A stretch of DNA of 64,000 nt. Source: the human T2T-CHM13v2.0 reference genome, Homo sapiens. The DNA lies in NCBI GenBank assembly GCA_009914755.4, contig CP068257.2, positions 2,176,001 through 2,240,000 of the forward strand, written 5' to 3'. Positions 44,611 through 59,791 of this stretch are shown piece by piece (position 1 is the first letter of the stretch; each line of letters begins with the position of its first letter). A program made the translations under genes and the position numbers. Under the pieces are notes generated by a model, which was not told the DNA's origin, did no database searches, and was given only the letters and a program-made list of their open reading frames with translations.

Positions 44611-45912
44611 TTATTCTCTGATGGTAGTTAGTATTTTGCTGGGATTGGTGGTGATATCCCCTTTATCATTTTTTATTGCGTCTATTTGATTCTTCTCTCT
44701 TTTTTTCTTTATTAGTCTTGCTAGAGGTCTATCAATTTTGCTGATCCTTTCAAAAAACCAGCTCCTGGATTCATTAATTTTTTGAAGGGATTTTGTGTCT
44801 CTATTTCCTTCAGTTCTGCTCTGATTTTAGTTATTTCTTGCCTTCTGCTAGCTTTTGAATGTGTTTGCTCTTGCTTTTCTAGTTCTTTCAATTGTGATGT
44901 TAGGGTGTCAATTTTGGATCTTTCCTGTTTTCCCTTGTGGGCATTTAGTGCTATAAATTTCCCTCTACACAGTGCTTTGAATGCGTCCCAGAGATTCTGG
45001 TATGTTGTGTCTTTGTTCTCATTGGTTTCAAAGAATATCTTTATTTCTGCCTTCATTTCCTTATGTACCCAGTAGTCATTCAGGAGCAGGTTGTTCAGTT
45101 TCCATGTAGTTGAGCAGTTTTGAGTTAGATTCTTAATCCTGAGTTCTAGTTTGATTGCACTGTCATCTGAGAGATAGTTTCTTATAATTTCTGTTCTTTT
45201 ACATTTGCTGAGGAGAACTTTACTTCCAAGTATGTGGTCAATTTTGGAATAGGTGTGGTGTGGTGCTGAAAACATGTATATTCTGTTGATTTGGGGTGGA
45301 AAGTTCTGGAGATGTCTGTTAGGTCCGCTTGGTGCAGAGCTGAGTTCAATTCCTGGGTATGCTTTTTGACTTCCTGTCTTGTTGATCTGTCTAATGTTGA
45401 CAGTGGGGTGTTAAAGTCTCCCATTATTAATGTGTGGGAGTCTAAGTCTCTTTGTAGGTCACTCAGGACTTGCTTTATGAATCTGCATGCTCCTGTATTG
45501 GGTGCATATATATTTAGGATAGTTAGCTCTTCTTGTTGAATTGATCCCTTTACCATTATGTAATGGCCTTCTTTGTCTCTTTTGTTCTTTCTTGGTTTAA
45601 AGTCTGTTTTATCAGAGACTAGGATTACAACCCCTGCCTTTTTTTGTTTTCCATTTGCTTGGTAGATCTTCCTCCATCCTTTTATTTTGAACCTATGTGT
45701 GTCTCTGCACGTGAGATAGTTTCCTGAATACAGCACACTGATGGTTCTTGACTCTTTATCCAATTTGCCAGTCTGTGTCTTTTAATTGGAGCATTTAGTC
45801 CATTTACATTTAAAGTTAATATTGTTATGTGTGAATTTGATCCTGTCATTATGATGTTAGCTGGTTATTTTGCTCGTTAGTTAATGCAGTTTCTTCCTAG
45901 TCTCGACGGTGT

Positions 45913-46446
45913 TTACATTTTGGCATGATTTTGCAGCGGCTGGTACCAGTTGATCCTTTCCATGTTTAGTGCTTCCTTCAGGAGCTCTTGTAAGGCAGGT
46001 CTGGTCGTGACAAAATCTCTCAGCATTTGCTTGTCTGTAAAGTATTTTATTTCTCCTTTGCTTATGAAGCTTAGCTTGGCTGGATATGAAATTCTGGGTT
46101 GAAAATTCTTTTCTTTAAGAATGTTGAATATTGGCCCCCACTCTCTTCTGGCTTGTAGGGTTTCTGCTGAGAGATCCGCTGTTAGTCTGATGGGCTTCCC
46201 TTTGAGGGTAACCCGACCTTTCTCTCTGGCTGCCCTTAACATTTTTTCCTTCATTTCAACTTTGGTGAATCTGACAATTATGTGTCTTGGAGTTGCTCTT
46301 CTCGAGGAGTATCTTTGTGGCGTTCTCTGTATTTTCTGAATCTGAATGTTGGCCTGCCTTGCTAGATTGGGGAAGTTCTCCTGGATAATATCCTGCAGTG
46401 TTTTCCAACTTGGTTCCATTCTCCCTATCACTTTCAGGTACACCAA
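45913..46446 (-). pseudogene. ORF1: L1 ORF1 C-terminal part (upstream region frameshifted)
   Basis: ...QDIIQENFPNLARQANIQIQKIQRTPQRYSSRRATPRHIIVRFTKVEMKEKMLRAAREKGRVTLKGKPIRLTADLSAETLQARREWGPIFNILKEKNFQPRISYPAKLSFISKGEIKYFTDKQMLRDFVTTRPALQELLKEALNMERINWYQPLQNHAKM. Confidence 0.9.
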
Positions 46447-48062
46447 TCAGATGTAGATTTGGTCTTTTCACATAGTCCCATATTTCTTGGAGGCTTTGCT
46501 CATTTCTTTTTATTCTTTTTTCTCTAAACTTCCCTTCTCATTTCATTTCATTCATTTCATCTTCCATCGCTGATACCCTTTCTTCCAGTTGATCGCATCG
46601 GCTCCTGAGGCTTCTGCATTCTTCACGTAGTTCTCGAGCCTTCGTTTTCAGCTCCATCAGCTCCTTTAAGAACTTCTCTCTATTGGTTATTCTAGTTATA
46701 CATTCTTCTAAATTTTTTTCAAAGTTTTCAACTTTGCCTTTGGTTTGAATGTCCTGCCATAGCTCAGAGTAATTTGATCATCTGAAGCCTTCTCTCAGCT
46801 CGTCAAAGTCATTCTCCATCCAGCTTTGTTCCGTTGCTGGTGAGGAACTGCATTCCTTTGGAGGAGGAGAGGCGCTCTGCTTTTTAGAGTTTCCAGTTTT
46901 TCTGTTCTGTTTTTTCCCCATCTTTGCGGTTTTATCTACTTTTGGTCTTTGATGATGGTGATGTACACATGGGTTCTTGGTGTGGATGTCCTTTCTGTTT
47001 TTTAGTTTTCCTTCTAACAGACAGTACCCTCAGTTTCAGGTCTGTTGGAGTTTTCTAGAGGCCCATTCCCGACCCTGTTTGCCTGGGTATCAGCAGTGGT
47101 GTCTGCAAAACCGTGGATTTTCGTGATCCGCGAATGCTGCTGTCTGATCGTTCCTCTGGAAGTTTTGTCTCAGAGGAGTACCTGGTCGTGTGAGGTGTCA
47201 GTCTGCCCCTGCTAGGGGGCGCCTCCCAGTTAGGCTGCTCGGGGGTCAGGGGTCAGGGACCCACTTGAGGAGGCAGTCTGCCCATTCTCAGATCTCCAGC
47301 TGCATGCTGGGAGAACCACTGCTCTCCTCAAAGCTGTCAGACAGGGACATTTAAGTCTGCAGAGGTTACTGCTGTCTTTTTGTTTGTCTGTGTCCTGCCC
47401 CCAGAGGTGGAGCCTGCAGAGGCAGGCAGGCCTCCTTGAGCTGTGGTGGGCTCCACCCAGTTCGAGCTTCCAGGCTGCTTTGTTTACCTAAGAGAGCCTG
47501 GGCAATGGCTGGTGCCCCTCCCCCAGCCTCGCTGCTGCCTTGCAGTTTGATCTCAGACTGCTGTGTTAGCAATCATCAAGACTCCGTGGGCATAGGACCT
47601 TCCGAGCCAGGTGCGGGATATAATCTCGTGGTGTGCCGTTTCCTAAGCCCGTCAGAAAAGCTCAGTATTAGGGTGGCAGTGGCCCGATTTTCCAGGTGCC
47701 ATCTGTCACCCCTTTCCTTGACCAGGAAAGGGAACTAACTTCCTGACCCCTTGCGCTTCCCGAGTGAGGCAATGCCTCGCCCTGCTTTGGCTAGTGCACA
47801 GTGCACTTCACCCACTGTCCTGCACCCACTGTCTGGCACTCCCTAGTGAGATGAACCCAGTACCTCAAATGGAAATGCAGAAATCACCCATCTTCTGCAT
47901 CGCTCATGCTGGGAGCTGTAGACCGGAGCTGTTCCTATTCGGCCATCTTGGCTCCTCCTCCCATTATTTTTTAATATTTTCTGAAAATCTTCTTTAAAGA
48001 GAGAAAGCCAAATGTCACCCACTTTTTCATAAAACCTTACAGGCAAATCTATTATTCTTTTC

Positions 48063-48351
48063 TTTTTTGAGATGGATTTTCCCTCTTGTTGCCCAGGCTG
48101 GAGTGCAATGGTGCGATCTCGGTTTACTGCAACCCCCTGCCTCCCAGGTTCAAGTGATTCTCCCGCCCCAGCCTCCTGAGTAGCTGGGATTAGAGGCATG
48201 CCCCACCATGCCCAGCTAATTTTGTGTTTTTAGTAGAGACGGGGTTTTTCCTTGTTGGTCAGGCTGGCCTTGAACTCCTGACCTCATGTGATCCACCTGC
48301 CTCGGCCTCCCCAAGTGTTGGGATTACAGCTGTGAGCCACTGCCCTGGGCC
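48063..48351 (-). mobile_element. Alu
   Basis: TTTTTTGAGATGGATTTTCCCTCTTGTTGCCCAGGCTGGAGTGCAATGGTG...GGGATTACAGCTGTGAGCCACTGCCCTGGGCC. Confidence 0.9.
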
Positions 48352-49299
48352 ATTTTTTTTTAAAGATAGCGTCTTGCTCTGTCACCCTCCTCACCACATT
48401 ATAGCTCTGGGGGCCAAGCTGCATCACAATGGAAATCATGGAGCCACAGGAAGAATCCACTTAGCTTTGCAAGATGCTGCCCAAGGGGTTGCTTGGAGTA
48501 ACCAAATTAACATTTTTCATTCTGCTCAGAGCAAAATATATGTGACAAAACATAGACACGAGCCACTTTGCTTAGCACCCAGTGTCAAACTGGTAAGACT
48601 CAAACTTGCTCCCAGATATGCCGTGCCATCTCTAAATCTTTTTAGAAGCTTCTGCATGTTAATAGGCATCCCTAGATGAGACTAATTTGGGAGCCATCAT
48701 TTTTAAATGCACTTCAGGGCATTATTCATTTGGAATGTTACACTATAAGTTATCTTTAGTAAGATTTTGCCATTTCTGTAAGACTTTGCTGCTTCCCAGG
48801 CCTAATGAATTAGCCAGAAAGAACTTAGTTTTCCAGAAATTAAGGATCCTATTTTTACCTAATATATTGGCTTTACTCTCAGGCTCCCTTGATTGACTTA
48901 GCCAATGATTTTCTTTCCTACCTAAGCGTGTGAGGAAAATGAAACAAAGGGGCAGAACACAAAAATCCCCGTGAATTTCCAAAAGCCAAATTTTACAACC
49001 CTCCAATATTATCATTTACTACCACTTTCCTTCTGACCCATTCAGATGTAGGAGGCCTCTAACTGGAACTGGATTCAAGCCAGTTAATTACTGGATCAAA
49101 TCTGATCCTGGGCCCGGTCCCGTTTCTGTCATAACTTCTAAAACATCCAGCCAGTCATGGCTGGATAGCAGTTTGGAACAGAAATTTGCTCAGAGAAACT
49201 CAGCTCAAAACACAAATTCATGGAGCTCTGAAATCCGAGAGAGAATTTACCACGATCCCCAGATGCTCTGAGAGGTCAAAGGGCACAAGTGTTACAGAA

Positions 49300-49830
49300 T
49301 CCTGAGGCGTCACTTTTCTGCCTGAAACCTCTGGCTGGTGGCACCTTTACCTGTGTTTTGCTCGGGCCCACTGGGTTCGTTCTGTCCACTCGGCTCATGC
49401 TAGTGGTCTGGATCCCACACCTGCCAAGGGTGAGCTGGGTACAGAGCAGTGAAGGGTGTGTGAGCAAGCGAGCATGGGATCTGGTCACTGCACACAGCCA
49501 AGCATGCCAGCTGCAGTGGGGTGGGCAGCTCCAGGCACCGCCACAGGTGCCAGCTCCCTGTGAGGCTGCAGCTGGACCAGGCTGACTGCAAACAGCTTCC
49601 ACTGTGGGTATCAGGGAATGCAGCGGTGCCTGGAAGCTTCGAGATGCAGGAACTGCAGAGCCCCAAATAAGGTGTCACAGCCCTGGCTTGGGGAGCTCCT
49701 AGGTCTGGGCTCCCTGAAGGGCCACAGCTCTTCTCTCCTTCTCTCTTCTCTTCTTCTTGCCTGCAATTTGGCAAGCAAGGGGTGCGTTTCAGCCCTGTTT
49801 ATGTTACACCTCTTTCAGCCCTGCTAGTTG
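49300..49830 (+). repeat. unclassified interspersed repeat copy (partner of 25800-26340, inverted)
   Basis: see 25800-26340. Confidence 0.7.
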
Positions 49831-50689
49831 GCAGGTCCCGAGTTCTTGTCCTGAGTCCAGGAAGAATGAGGTATGTGGGCAAGTAGAAGGTGAGCAAGGT
49901 GAAGAGGTGCTTTATTGAGCAACAGTACAGCTCAGAGGAGACGTGCAGTGGGTAGCTCCTTTCGGCAGGCAGGTCATCCCAATGTCTGTTCAGCTCTCAG
50001 CAGCTGAGAGAGATGCATGGTGGTTAGCTATGCCCACAGTGCCCAGGCTTTTCGAGCTGAGGAGTGCCTTCAAGCCAGTGCTGAGCCACTCTTAGCCCCA
50101 CCTCAACGTCCCTCCTGTGCTCATCAGTTCCCAAAGTGTGGAGGGGGCCGAGGTGGCAGGGGACTGGCATGTCAGCACTGCCCTGAGCTTGCACAAACTG
50201 GGCTGGGTTGCGACTGTGCCTGGGTTCAACCTCAATTTGGATCCGAAGTTGGAGTGGGCTCTGGGAGCGGAGACATGCCAGGTGGTGGGAGCAGGTATGA
50301 CTGGGCCTGCGGGGGCAGGGGGGCTTGCTGGGCCTCTGAGAGTGCAAAGATGCCCGGGTTTGCTGTCATGGGTGGATGGCTGCAGCTGTGCCTGGGAGGG
50401 TGGGGCTCCTGCCTGCCAATTTAGAAGGGGTGGGTCTCCCACCTGTTCCTGGCTCCCACTAACTTTGAGGAGTTCACAGCCCCAGCCACTCCTCCCCACT
50501 GCAGCCAGTGTCTCCGTAGCAACTGCTCCACATGGGCCACTGCTGCCATCATAGAGCGGTCCTTGCAGGTGCCTTTCTTGTACCTCAGCACTCCTGGGGG
50601 TCATTAGAAGCCCTAGCAACACTGCTCACCACACTATAGCTCCGGAGGCCCTAGCAGTCCTGCTCCCACAGATCCCACTTCTGACACCA

Positions 50690-51190
50690 TCTATTAAAAG
50701 AAAATCTTCAGCTGAATTAAATTTAAAGGAACTTAATTGAGCAATGAATGATTCACGAATCAGGCAGCCCCCAGAATCACAGCAGATTCGGTGAGACTCC
50801 AGCACAGCTACATGGTGGAAGATTTATAGACAATAAAGGGAACGTGATGTACAGAAATCTGAAGTGAGGAGTGAGGTCCAGAAGCAACTGGGTCCGTTAC
50901 AGTTCTCAGCAGTGAGGTCCAGAAACAACTGGACTGGTTACAGTGCTCAGCATTTGCCTTATTTGAACACAGCTGAACACTCAGCAGTGTGTGAGTGGCA
51001 GAAGTTTAGCTGTTGGGATTGGCCAGGACTCAGCTATAGTTACAGGTGCATACTCCAAAGTTAGGTTATCAGTCTTTCTACCTATTAAGTTAGGTTGCAG
51101 TTTGTCCACAGGGACTCAAATCTAGAAGTACAGAGTCCTTCCCAGGCCATATTTAGTTCACTGTAACAGTTCCTATTATGACCTCACTGA
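50690..51190 (+). repeat. unclassified interspersed repeat copy (partner of 36930-37330) with an internal ~45 bp tandem duplication
   Basis: see 36930-37330; GAAGTGAGGAGTGAGGTCCAGAAGCAACTGGGTCCGTTACAGTTCTCAGCAGTGAGGTCCAGAAACAACTGGACTGGTTACAGTGCTCAGCA duplication. Confidence 0.65.
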
Positions 51191-51582
51191 CAGTTCTTTT
51201 TCTCTGAATTTTCCTTTCTTCTCAACAGCTTGTCCAAATGTTCCATTGGTCCCTGTTCATCCCGCCCTGCAGCTCTCCTTGACTGATTCTGCCCTTTGTG
51301 GTTTGCAGTCCTGTTTCTCTACAGCTTGGACCCCTTCAATCTTTCCATCATAGGTTTAACTCTCTGTTGAATTCTTATTTGTAGCTACACAAATGTTACC
51401 TTAAGCTAAAAAAATTCAAAGTGAAAGCCACATCCTCCTCTCTTCCCTTATGTGTATGGTATTACTACCATGCAGCCAGTGACCCAAAATGGGATTTTTT
51501 CTGGGCTTTTCTTGCTTAGATTCAGGCTCATCTGGTGTCAAGCCTTGTTACTTTTGTTTCCTTGTTCTTTTATTTTTAATTT

Positions 51583-51873
<291 letters not shown>

Positions 51874-51991
51874 TGCTTGTTGTTTTCATCTCATCCTGAT
51901 TTCTGAATACAGGAGAGGAGCTGAGTTGGTGTTCACTAACAAGCACAGAAGCTTTGTTACATTTACAGTGTCATTCTTGGCAAAACCTGAA
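51874..51991 (-). repeat. ~117 bp unit, inverted near-identical partner of 12136-12252, abutting the Alu 5' end
   Basis: TGCTTGTTGTTTTCATCTCATCCTGATTTCTGAATACAGGAGAGGAGCTGAGTTGGTGTTCACTAACAAGCACAGAAGCTTTGTTACATTTACAGTGTCATTCTTGGCAAAACCTGAA. Confidence 0.85.
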
Positions 51992-53213
51992 TGGTATGTT
52001 TGTGGGGTGATGAGGTTCAGTCCCCTGTGACCTGTGCATCTGGCCAACACTGTGGTGACATCCTTAGGAATCCATGGGGAGAGACAAAGCATTCAGGAGT
52101 TAGTGGGTCACGTTTGACAAGGGCCAATAAAGAAATATGCAAAGACAAAAAACAAGAAGAACATTATCATATTTTATACCTTTTGTTTATATAAATTTAT
52201 GTCAATGATTCTAGCTTATGTTAATATGCAATGTATACAATATGCTAACATATACAATATATGTTTATAGTTTAAACATTTCTGTCATGTTTTCAGATTC
52301 TTTAAAGATTATATTACACTTCCTATTTCAGATAGCTGTTTAAAATGAGTAAGGAAAAACGGATGTGTGCATCAGTTCTAACTGTTTATGGACTAAAACT
52401 AGTTGATTTCTTGGTTAAGAACAAAAAGTGACAACCTAATTAACTGAAAATTTTAAGTAGGCAATTATGGTTTTAGCTTTAATGTAAAATATTAACTATG
52501 CTCCATTCTTGCATTTTTAACCTAATACTCATTATAAATCGCCACATGCCATGTTTCAGATCAAGGTTCTACTTGTGATCTCTCATGAGTTTTTCAAGGT
52601 TTTAATTATCTGAGATGTAACAATGTACCCGTAACCTTACTGGCTTAAACCAGGAATTTATTCTTTTTACATGTCACAATTTTCTGGGTCAAGACACTGG
52701 ACAGAGCGGTGTGGGTTGGTTGCTTCATGATGTCCCTGGTCTCATCTGGAAGGACTCTAGTGGCTGGAGATGTGAAGCAGGCACCCAGAAGGACTCTAGT
52801 GGCTGGGGACACGGAGCAGGCACCCAGCCCTCTCTTTGTGGCCAGCACGGACTTCCTTCCAGTCTGGTAGCATCAGGTAGTCAGGTTTGTCTGGCTTCTC
52901 CCAGGGTGTGTGTCCAAGAGGCCCAGGCAGAAGCTGTAAGGTCTCTCATGATCATCCCTCAGAAGTCCCAGAGCATCTCTCCTGCCACACTGGCCAGTTG
53001 TACTCATCACTGAGACCAGCCATGATTCAAGGGGGAAAGGTGATTAGATTCCACCTCTTGATGAGAAGCATAGTAGGAACCTGCAGCAGTCTTTAATAAA
53101 CCACAGCTTGTCCTCTGGCCACAAACTATTAACGTTTCTCCCACATGCAAATTATGCTTTGCCCCTCTCAAGAGCCCCAGAATGGTTTTCCTTATGGCAC
53201 TGGCTAGTAGCCC

Positions 53214-53400
53214 AACTGAATCCTGAATCAGGTTGTGGTGGCTTGTCATCTGCACCCACACACACTCAGCTGCAGTGAGGACTGAATCAGGTTGTGGTGG
53301 CCTGTCATCTGACCCCCCACACACAGCCACAGTGGGGACTGAATCAGGTTGTTGTGAGCTATCATCTGAGCCCACAAACTCAGCCGCAGAGAGGGGACTG
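53214..53400. repeat. 3 tandem copies of a ~60 bp unit GACTGAATCAGGTTGTGGTGGCYTGTCATCTG.CCCMCACACAC.CAGC.GCAGTGRGG
   Basis: visible direct repetition, ~85-90% identity between copies. Confidence 0.85.
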
Positions 53401-55487
53401 CTGTGAAAACAGTCGACATTTCCCTTTAGAAGCTTTGGTGGGAGGGAAGAGGGAAGTGCTGCTCTGCAGGCCCCGTCTAACAGTTGGCCATTCCCATGGG
53501 GCGCCTGTTACAGTTCTGTGATTAGTGCCCAGTCCTGGTCCCTGAAAACGGCGCCCAGTCCTGGTCCCTGAGAATGGTGTTTGTGTCCTTTTACTCCTCC
53601 CTCTGGGCTTTTGTCATTCTCCATGTTCTTTTTCCTTCAGTGCCTGGGTTGCCGTTGACCAGCTTTCCCTGCCTTTTTCTTATGGTCAATAGGGTATTCA
53701 ATGGCTTCTTTTTCATTTTTTTTCCTTTTCTTTTCTTTTCTTTTTTTTTACTTTGGCCTTTTGAGACAAGAAATTATTTCTTTATATTTTCTCTAAATTC
53801 TGTTTGAAAACTGAACCTTCTTCTTTAGATCATGTCCCTCTCCTGTCATATTTATTCAGTGACAGTTAGGGGAGGCTGGTAGCACTTTCCATGTTCTTCC
53901 CAGATGTCTCCTTAGGCAGATCCCTGAGATGGTGCAGTGCCCTTTCAGTTTCCATGTTGTGGCCATAGTTTTCCCACAGTCCCTCAGCAAGTAACTCTCA
54001 GACCTTTTCTCCAGTTTCCAATGACATTTTCTCACCGTCCTTCAGGCCCTGACCAAGAGTCTTGATGCCCTTCCAGGTTGCATGAATGGTCTCCTTGAGG
54101 CCCAGTTACAGGTCAGCCTCACAGTCGTGTCACATATTGTAGCTTCTGATTACCACAGCAGCTCATTTCCAGCTGCCATATTCTGTTCCAGTTATCTATT
54201 CTGAAGTAAAACAACTCATTATTACTTGTTTTTTGGCTTAGAGAGTCTTGGTGGCCAGCTCATCTCACACACAGTTGCAGCCAAGCTGGATTGTGTGAAA
54301 GCACAGTGGGGTGGTGTGCAGGGTGGCTCACTAGTGGTTGGGAGTGGATGTTGCTGGAGGCTCACTAGTTGTTGGGAGTCGGTGTTGCTGGAGGCTCAGT
54401 GGGGGATGTCAATGCGTGTAGCTAGTCATGGACTGGCCTTGTGGTTTCCATCATGAGGTCTCAGGGGAGTGGGATTTCCTGCCTGGTGACTGGCTTTCTC
54501 CTGGGTAAGTGTTCTGTTTTCTCAGCCTGGCTTCTGAAGTCCCCAAATACCAGCTTTGTCACCTTCTGTTGGCCAAATAAGTCAGTAGTCTGGTCAAGGT
54601 TTAAGGGGAATTGGTTCTCACAGAGAGAGGAGCAGGAAAGAATTTGTCACCTTTAGTCTACCAGAAATGATATTTTTATAACAAGTTTATTCCAAATACA
54701 TTCCAGTTCCCCTTGTGAATACTTTTTTGACTCACAGGGTATTTCAAAGTTTATTACTTGGTTTTCAGACATTTGAGGCTTTTCTGGATATCAATTTGTT
54801 GTTGGTTTCTAATTTAATTTCAAGTGTTCAGACAACATCCTTTGTATACTATTTCAGGCTTGAACCTTTTCTCAATCCATCGACATACAGTCTATCTTGG
54901 CACTGCCAAGTACCATTTGGGTAAGGATTTTGTCATTTAGATCCGTATTTTTCCTATATTTTTATCTGGTTGTTCCGTCAGTTACTGAGAGAGCAGTATT
55001 AATTCACCAGCTATAATTTTGGATTGTCAATTTCCTGCTTTTGTTCTGTTGTTTTTGATTCACATACTTTGAGGCTCTGTGTGTGTGTGTGTGTAGTTTG
55101 TGTGCACTTTGAGGCGCAATTTATAATTGTAACATCATCCTCTCTGATTCTTTTATTTTTATTAAATTACCCTGTTTATTTCTGGTGATATATTTTGTTC
55201 TGAAGCCTCTTTAATCTAGTGTTAACATCTCTGTTGAAGCTTTTTATGATTAGTGTCTGGATAGCATATTTTTATGTTTAGCATCTGCATAGCATATTTT
55301 TTCTCATACTTTGTGTCTTTGTGTTTAAATTGTGTCTCTGTGGATGCCATATTGTTGGGTCTTGCCTTCCTCTCAGGTCTGGCAGTCTCTGTCTTAAGTA
55401 GAGTATTTGTCCACTTACATTGTAACTAATCATTGCTAAGGTTGGATTTAGGTCTGCCATTTTTCTACTTATTTTCTATTTGTTTGT

Positions 55488-55779
55488 TTATTTTTTTTTA
55501 AGACAGGGTCTTGTTCTGTCACCCAGACTGTAGTGCAATGGTGCAATCTTGGCTCACTGCAACCTCTGCCTCCCAGGCCCAACCAATCCTCACTTGAGCC
55601 CCCTGAGTAGCTGGGACTACAGGTGCATGGCACCACACCTGGCTAATTTTTATATTTTTGTAGAGATAGGGCTTTGCCATGTTGCACAGGCTGGTCTTGA
55701 ACTACTGAGCTCAAGCAATCTACCCACCTTGGCCTCCCAAAGTGTTCAGATTACAGGCATGAGCCACCATGTCTGGCCT
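55488..55779 (-). mobile_element. Alu
   Basis: TTTTTTTTTAAGACAGGGTCTTGTTCTGTCACCCAGACTGTAGTGCAATGGTGC...CAGATTACAGGCATGAGCCACCATGTCTGGCC. Confidence 0.9.
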
Positions 55780-55889
55780 TCATCTGTCTTTTGATCTTCT
55801 ATATATTCTTTCCTAACTTCTTTTGGGTTAAATATTTCTAAATATTCCAGTTTGATTAATCTTTTGGCTTTTGGAAATAATTTTTTATA

Positions 55890-56187
<298 letters not shown>

Positions 56188-56479
56188 TTATAAATAATTT
56201 ATAATTTCGAATTTTGGTAACAAACACATACCTTAAAATTTACCATCATAACCAGTTGTAAGTATACAGTTTTGTAGAGTTAAGAATATTTACATTGTTG
56301 TGTAGCAGATTTCTAGATTTTTTTTATCTTAGAAAACTCTATACCCATTCAACAACTATTAATTTCCCCTTCCTTCCACCTCCTGGCAAGTACTATTCTA
56401 CTTTGTGTTTCTAAAAATTTGGCTTATATACCTAGGGTTATATAATATTTGTTTTTTAAGTAGGTTCCATGTTATGTGC

Positions 56480-57000
56480 AGATGTGTCAGGATTTTCTTC
56501 CTTTCTATGGCTGAATAATATTTCTTCATATATATATATTTTCTCTCTCTATATATATATGTATATTCTTTTGTTTATCCATCTATTCCTGGATGGACGT
56601 TTTGGTTTCTTCCACCTCGTGGCTATGTAATGCTCCTGTGAACATAGGTGTGCACATATCTGTTTGAGGTCCTGCTACTAGTTATTCTGTCTCTGTAGAA
56701 GTTGGATGGCTGGATCATATGGTCATTTTATTTTATTTTTTTGAGGAGCCAGTTAATATTTCCACCAACAGTGTTCAAGTGTTTCAGTTTCACCTGCACT
56801 TGTTACTTTCTGTTGGGTTTGAAGTGATGTCCCATTGTGGTTTCTATTTGCATTTCTCTAATGATTAGTGATGTTACACATCTTCTCATATATCTCATGT
56901 ATCTGTTGGCTATTTGTATATCATCTTTGCATCTTTGGATGAATGTTCTTTGTCCATTTTTTAATCACTTTATTTTGTTGTGTTGTAGCTGGGTTTTTTG
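56480..57000 (-). mobile_element. L1 3'-terminal region (ORF2 end / 3'UTR) in antisense
   Basis: ...CCACCAACAGTGTTCAAGTGTTTCAGTTTC...CCCATTGTGGTTTCTATTTGCATTTCTCTAATGATTAGTGATGTT...GTCCATTTTTTAATC matches L1 3' region antisense. Confidence 0.7.
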
Positions 57001-59026
57001 GTCATGAGCATTCATTTATCTCACAGTTCATTCTTGTTACTTGGGCCAGGGTCATGATCATTCATTATCTCTCAGTTCATCCTCATTACGTTGGGCAAAC
57101 AGTCATGCTGCAGGGTATAGATTATGTTATTCTGTTACTTTCAGGTAGAATTGGGGTCTAGGTTCTAATTGTTTCTAAGTTTAGATTCTGAATGAGAATC
57201 AGCAGAGGTAGACCACTGCTGCTGAGGCCTGGGGATTGCTGGGAAAAAGGCAGGAAACAGATACTGACCTGACCATGGAGGGTTTATGTTTCACGGCTCC
57301 CATCTGGGTACCCAAGGAACCTACATGTAGCTCGTGTGTGGAGAGCCTACATTGCCCACTCAAAGCAATTGAGGATGGAACAGTCTTGGGGCTGGAGCTC
57401 ATTATTTGGAATGATAACCACATCTGCACAGAGAGGACCTGATAAGATGTTGTCCTTCCATGTATATCTGGGAATCCTGTGTAGGGTCTCTCTGTAAGGA
57501 CAGGGGCAGTGTTGGCTCCTTGGCCTCTAGTTAGCTTCACAAGTAGTCTAGTAAAGGCTTTGCAAACTTGTCACCATCTGTGGACATTCTGGCCAGCTCT
57601 TGTTTTCACCCTACTGACTTCTTCAGACACTAGGCTTTTGCTTTAGACCATTCATGGTTTTCTTCCTCTTCAAATCAGTAATCAATAAATCGCCTTCAAG
57701 TCAATAAATTTCCACTCCTTTAGGAAACCCTGATCTTCTGGTCACACCAAGGTTTAATTAACTGGTTTGATTGTTTTTCTGTTTTCTTGGATTTTTTTTC
57801 CTTCTTCCTGGGGGTTTCTAGTAATTCTAGTTTGATGTCTCACTTTCTCCATTTTTTATTTCTTAGTTTTCTTCTGTGATTATTTTCACTGCAGCTGCAG
57901 GGCCTAATCCTGGGTTGGCAGAGAACTAGCACTTACTCTGCCCTAATTGGAATCCAGGAGATATAGCAGGTTCCCTAGTGTGAAAATGTGTTTGCTCCTC
58001 TCTGCTTCTGGTAGTCTCTCTGTAGGAGTTCTTTACGCATTCTGAATGTTCACTTCTTATGAGATACATGATGTGCAACTATAGGTTGAATGTCTCTGAT
58101 CCAAAAATCTGAAATCCCAAATGCTCCAAAGTCTGAAACTTTTTGAGTGCCAACATGACACTCAAAGGAAATGCTTATTGGAGCATCGCAGACTCAGGTG
58201 TTTGAATTTGAGATCCTCAACCAGTAAGAATAATGCAAATATTACAAAATCTGAAACACATCCCAAGCATTTCAAATAAGGGACACTCAACTGGTATTTT
58301 TTTTAATTTTACAGTTTGCCTTTTACCCTGTTGGTTGTGACCTTTGAGGTACAGAAGTTTTTAGGTTTGATATATTTTTGCTTTTACTGCCTGAGCTTTT
58401 AATGTCATATCCTAAAAATTATTGACAAATTCATCGTCATAAAGCATTTTCCAAATTTGTTTTCCCTAGGAGTTTGATAGTTCTAGTTTTACATTTAGGT
58501 TTATAATTCACTTTGAATTGATTTTAACGTGGTGTAAGGTAAGAGTCCAACTTCATTGTTTTGCATGTAGTTATACAATTTTCCCATCACCATTTGTTGA
58601 AGAAACTGTGCTTTGCCATTGAGTGGTCTTGGCATCCTTCTGGAAGATCATCGGACCATATATGCCAGGGTTGGTTTCTGAGGTCTCTGTTGTGTTGGTC
58701 CATAAGTGTGTCAAGAGTGTCTTTATGCCATGACCACATTTTTTTTTTTTTTGGCTTATTGCAGTTTTGTAATTGCTTTGAGACCTTTAATTTTGTTCTG
58801 TTTCAAGATTGATTTGCCTATTCATGGGCCCTGGAGATTCCATATGAGTTTTAGGATAGGTTTTTCTGTTTATCAAAAATGTCATTGGAATCTTTATAAG
58901 GATTGTATTGAATCTAGGTCACTTCGAGTAGTGTTGACATCATTCCAAGATGAAATCATCTAATTTGCAAACCCAGCTTTTCTTTTCATTTATTTGTGTT
59001 TAATTTCTTTTAACAGTGTTTTGTAG

Positions 59027-59791
<765 letters not shown>

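Noticed and set aside
49250-50650. Cluster of overlapping 100-176 aa ORFs on both strands (49276-49774, 50017-50622)
   Set aside because: GC-rich repeat-derived sequence is open in several frames on both strands simultaneously. The segment is a diverged copy of 25800-26340. There is no coding signature.
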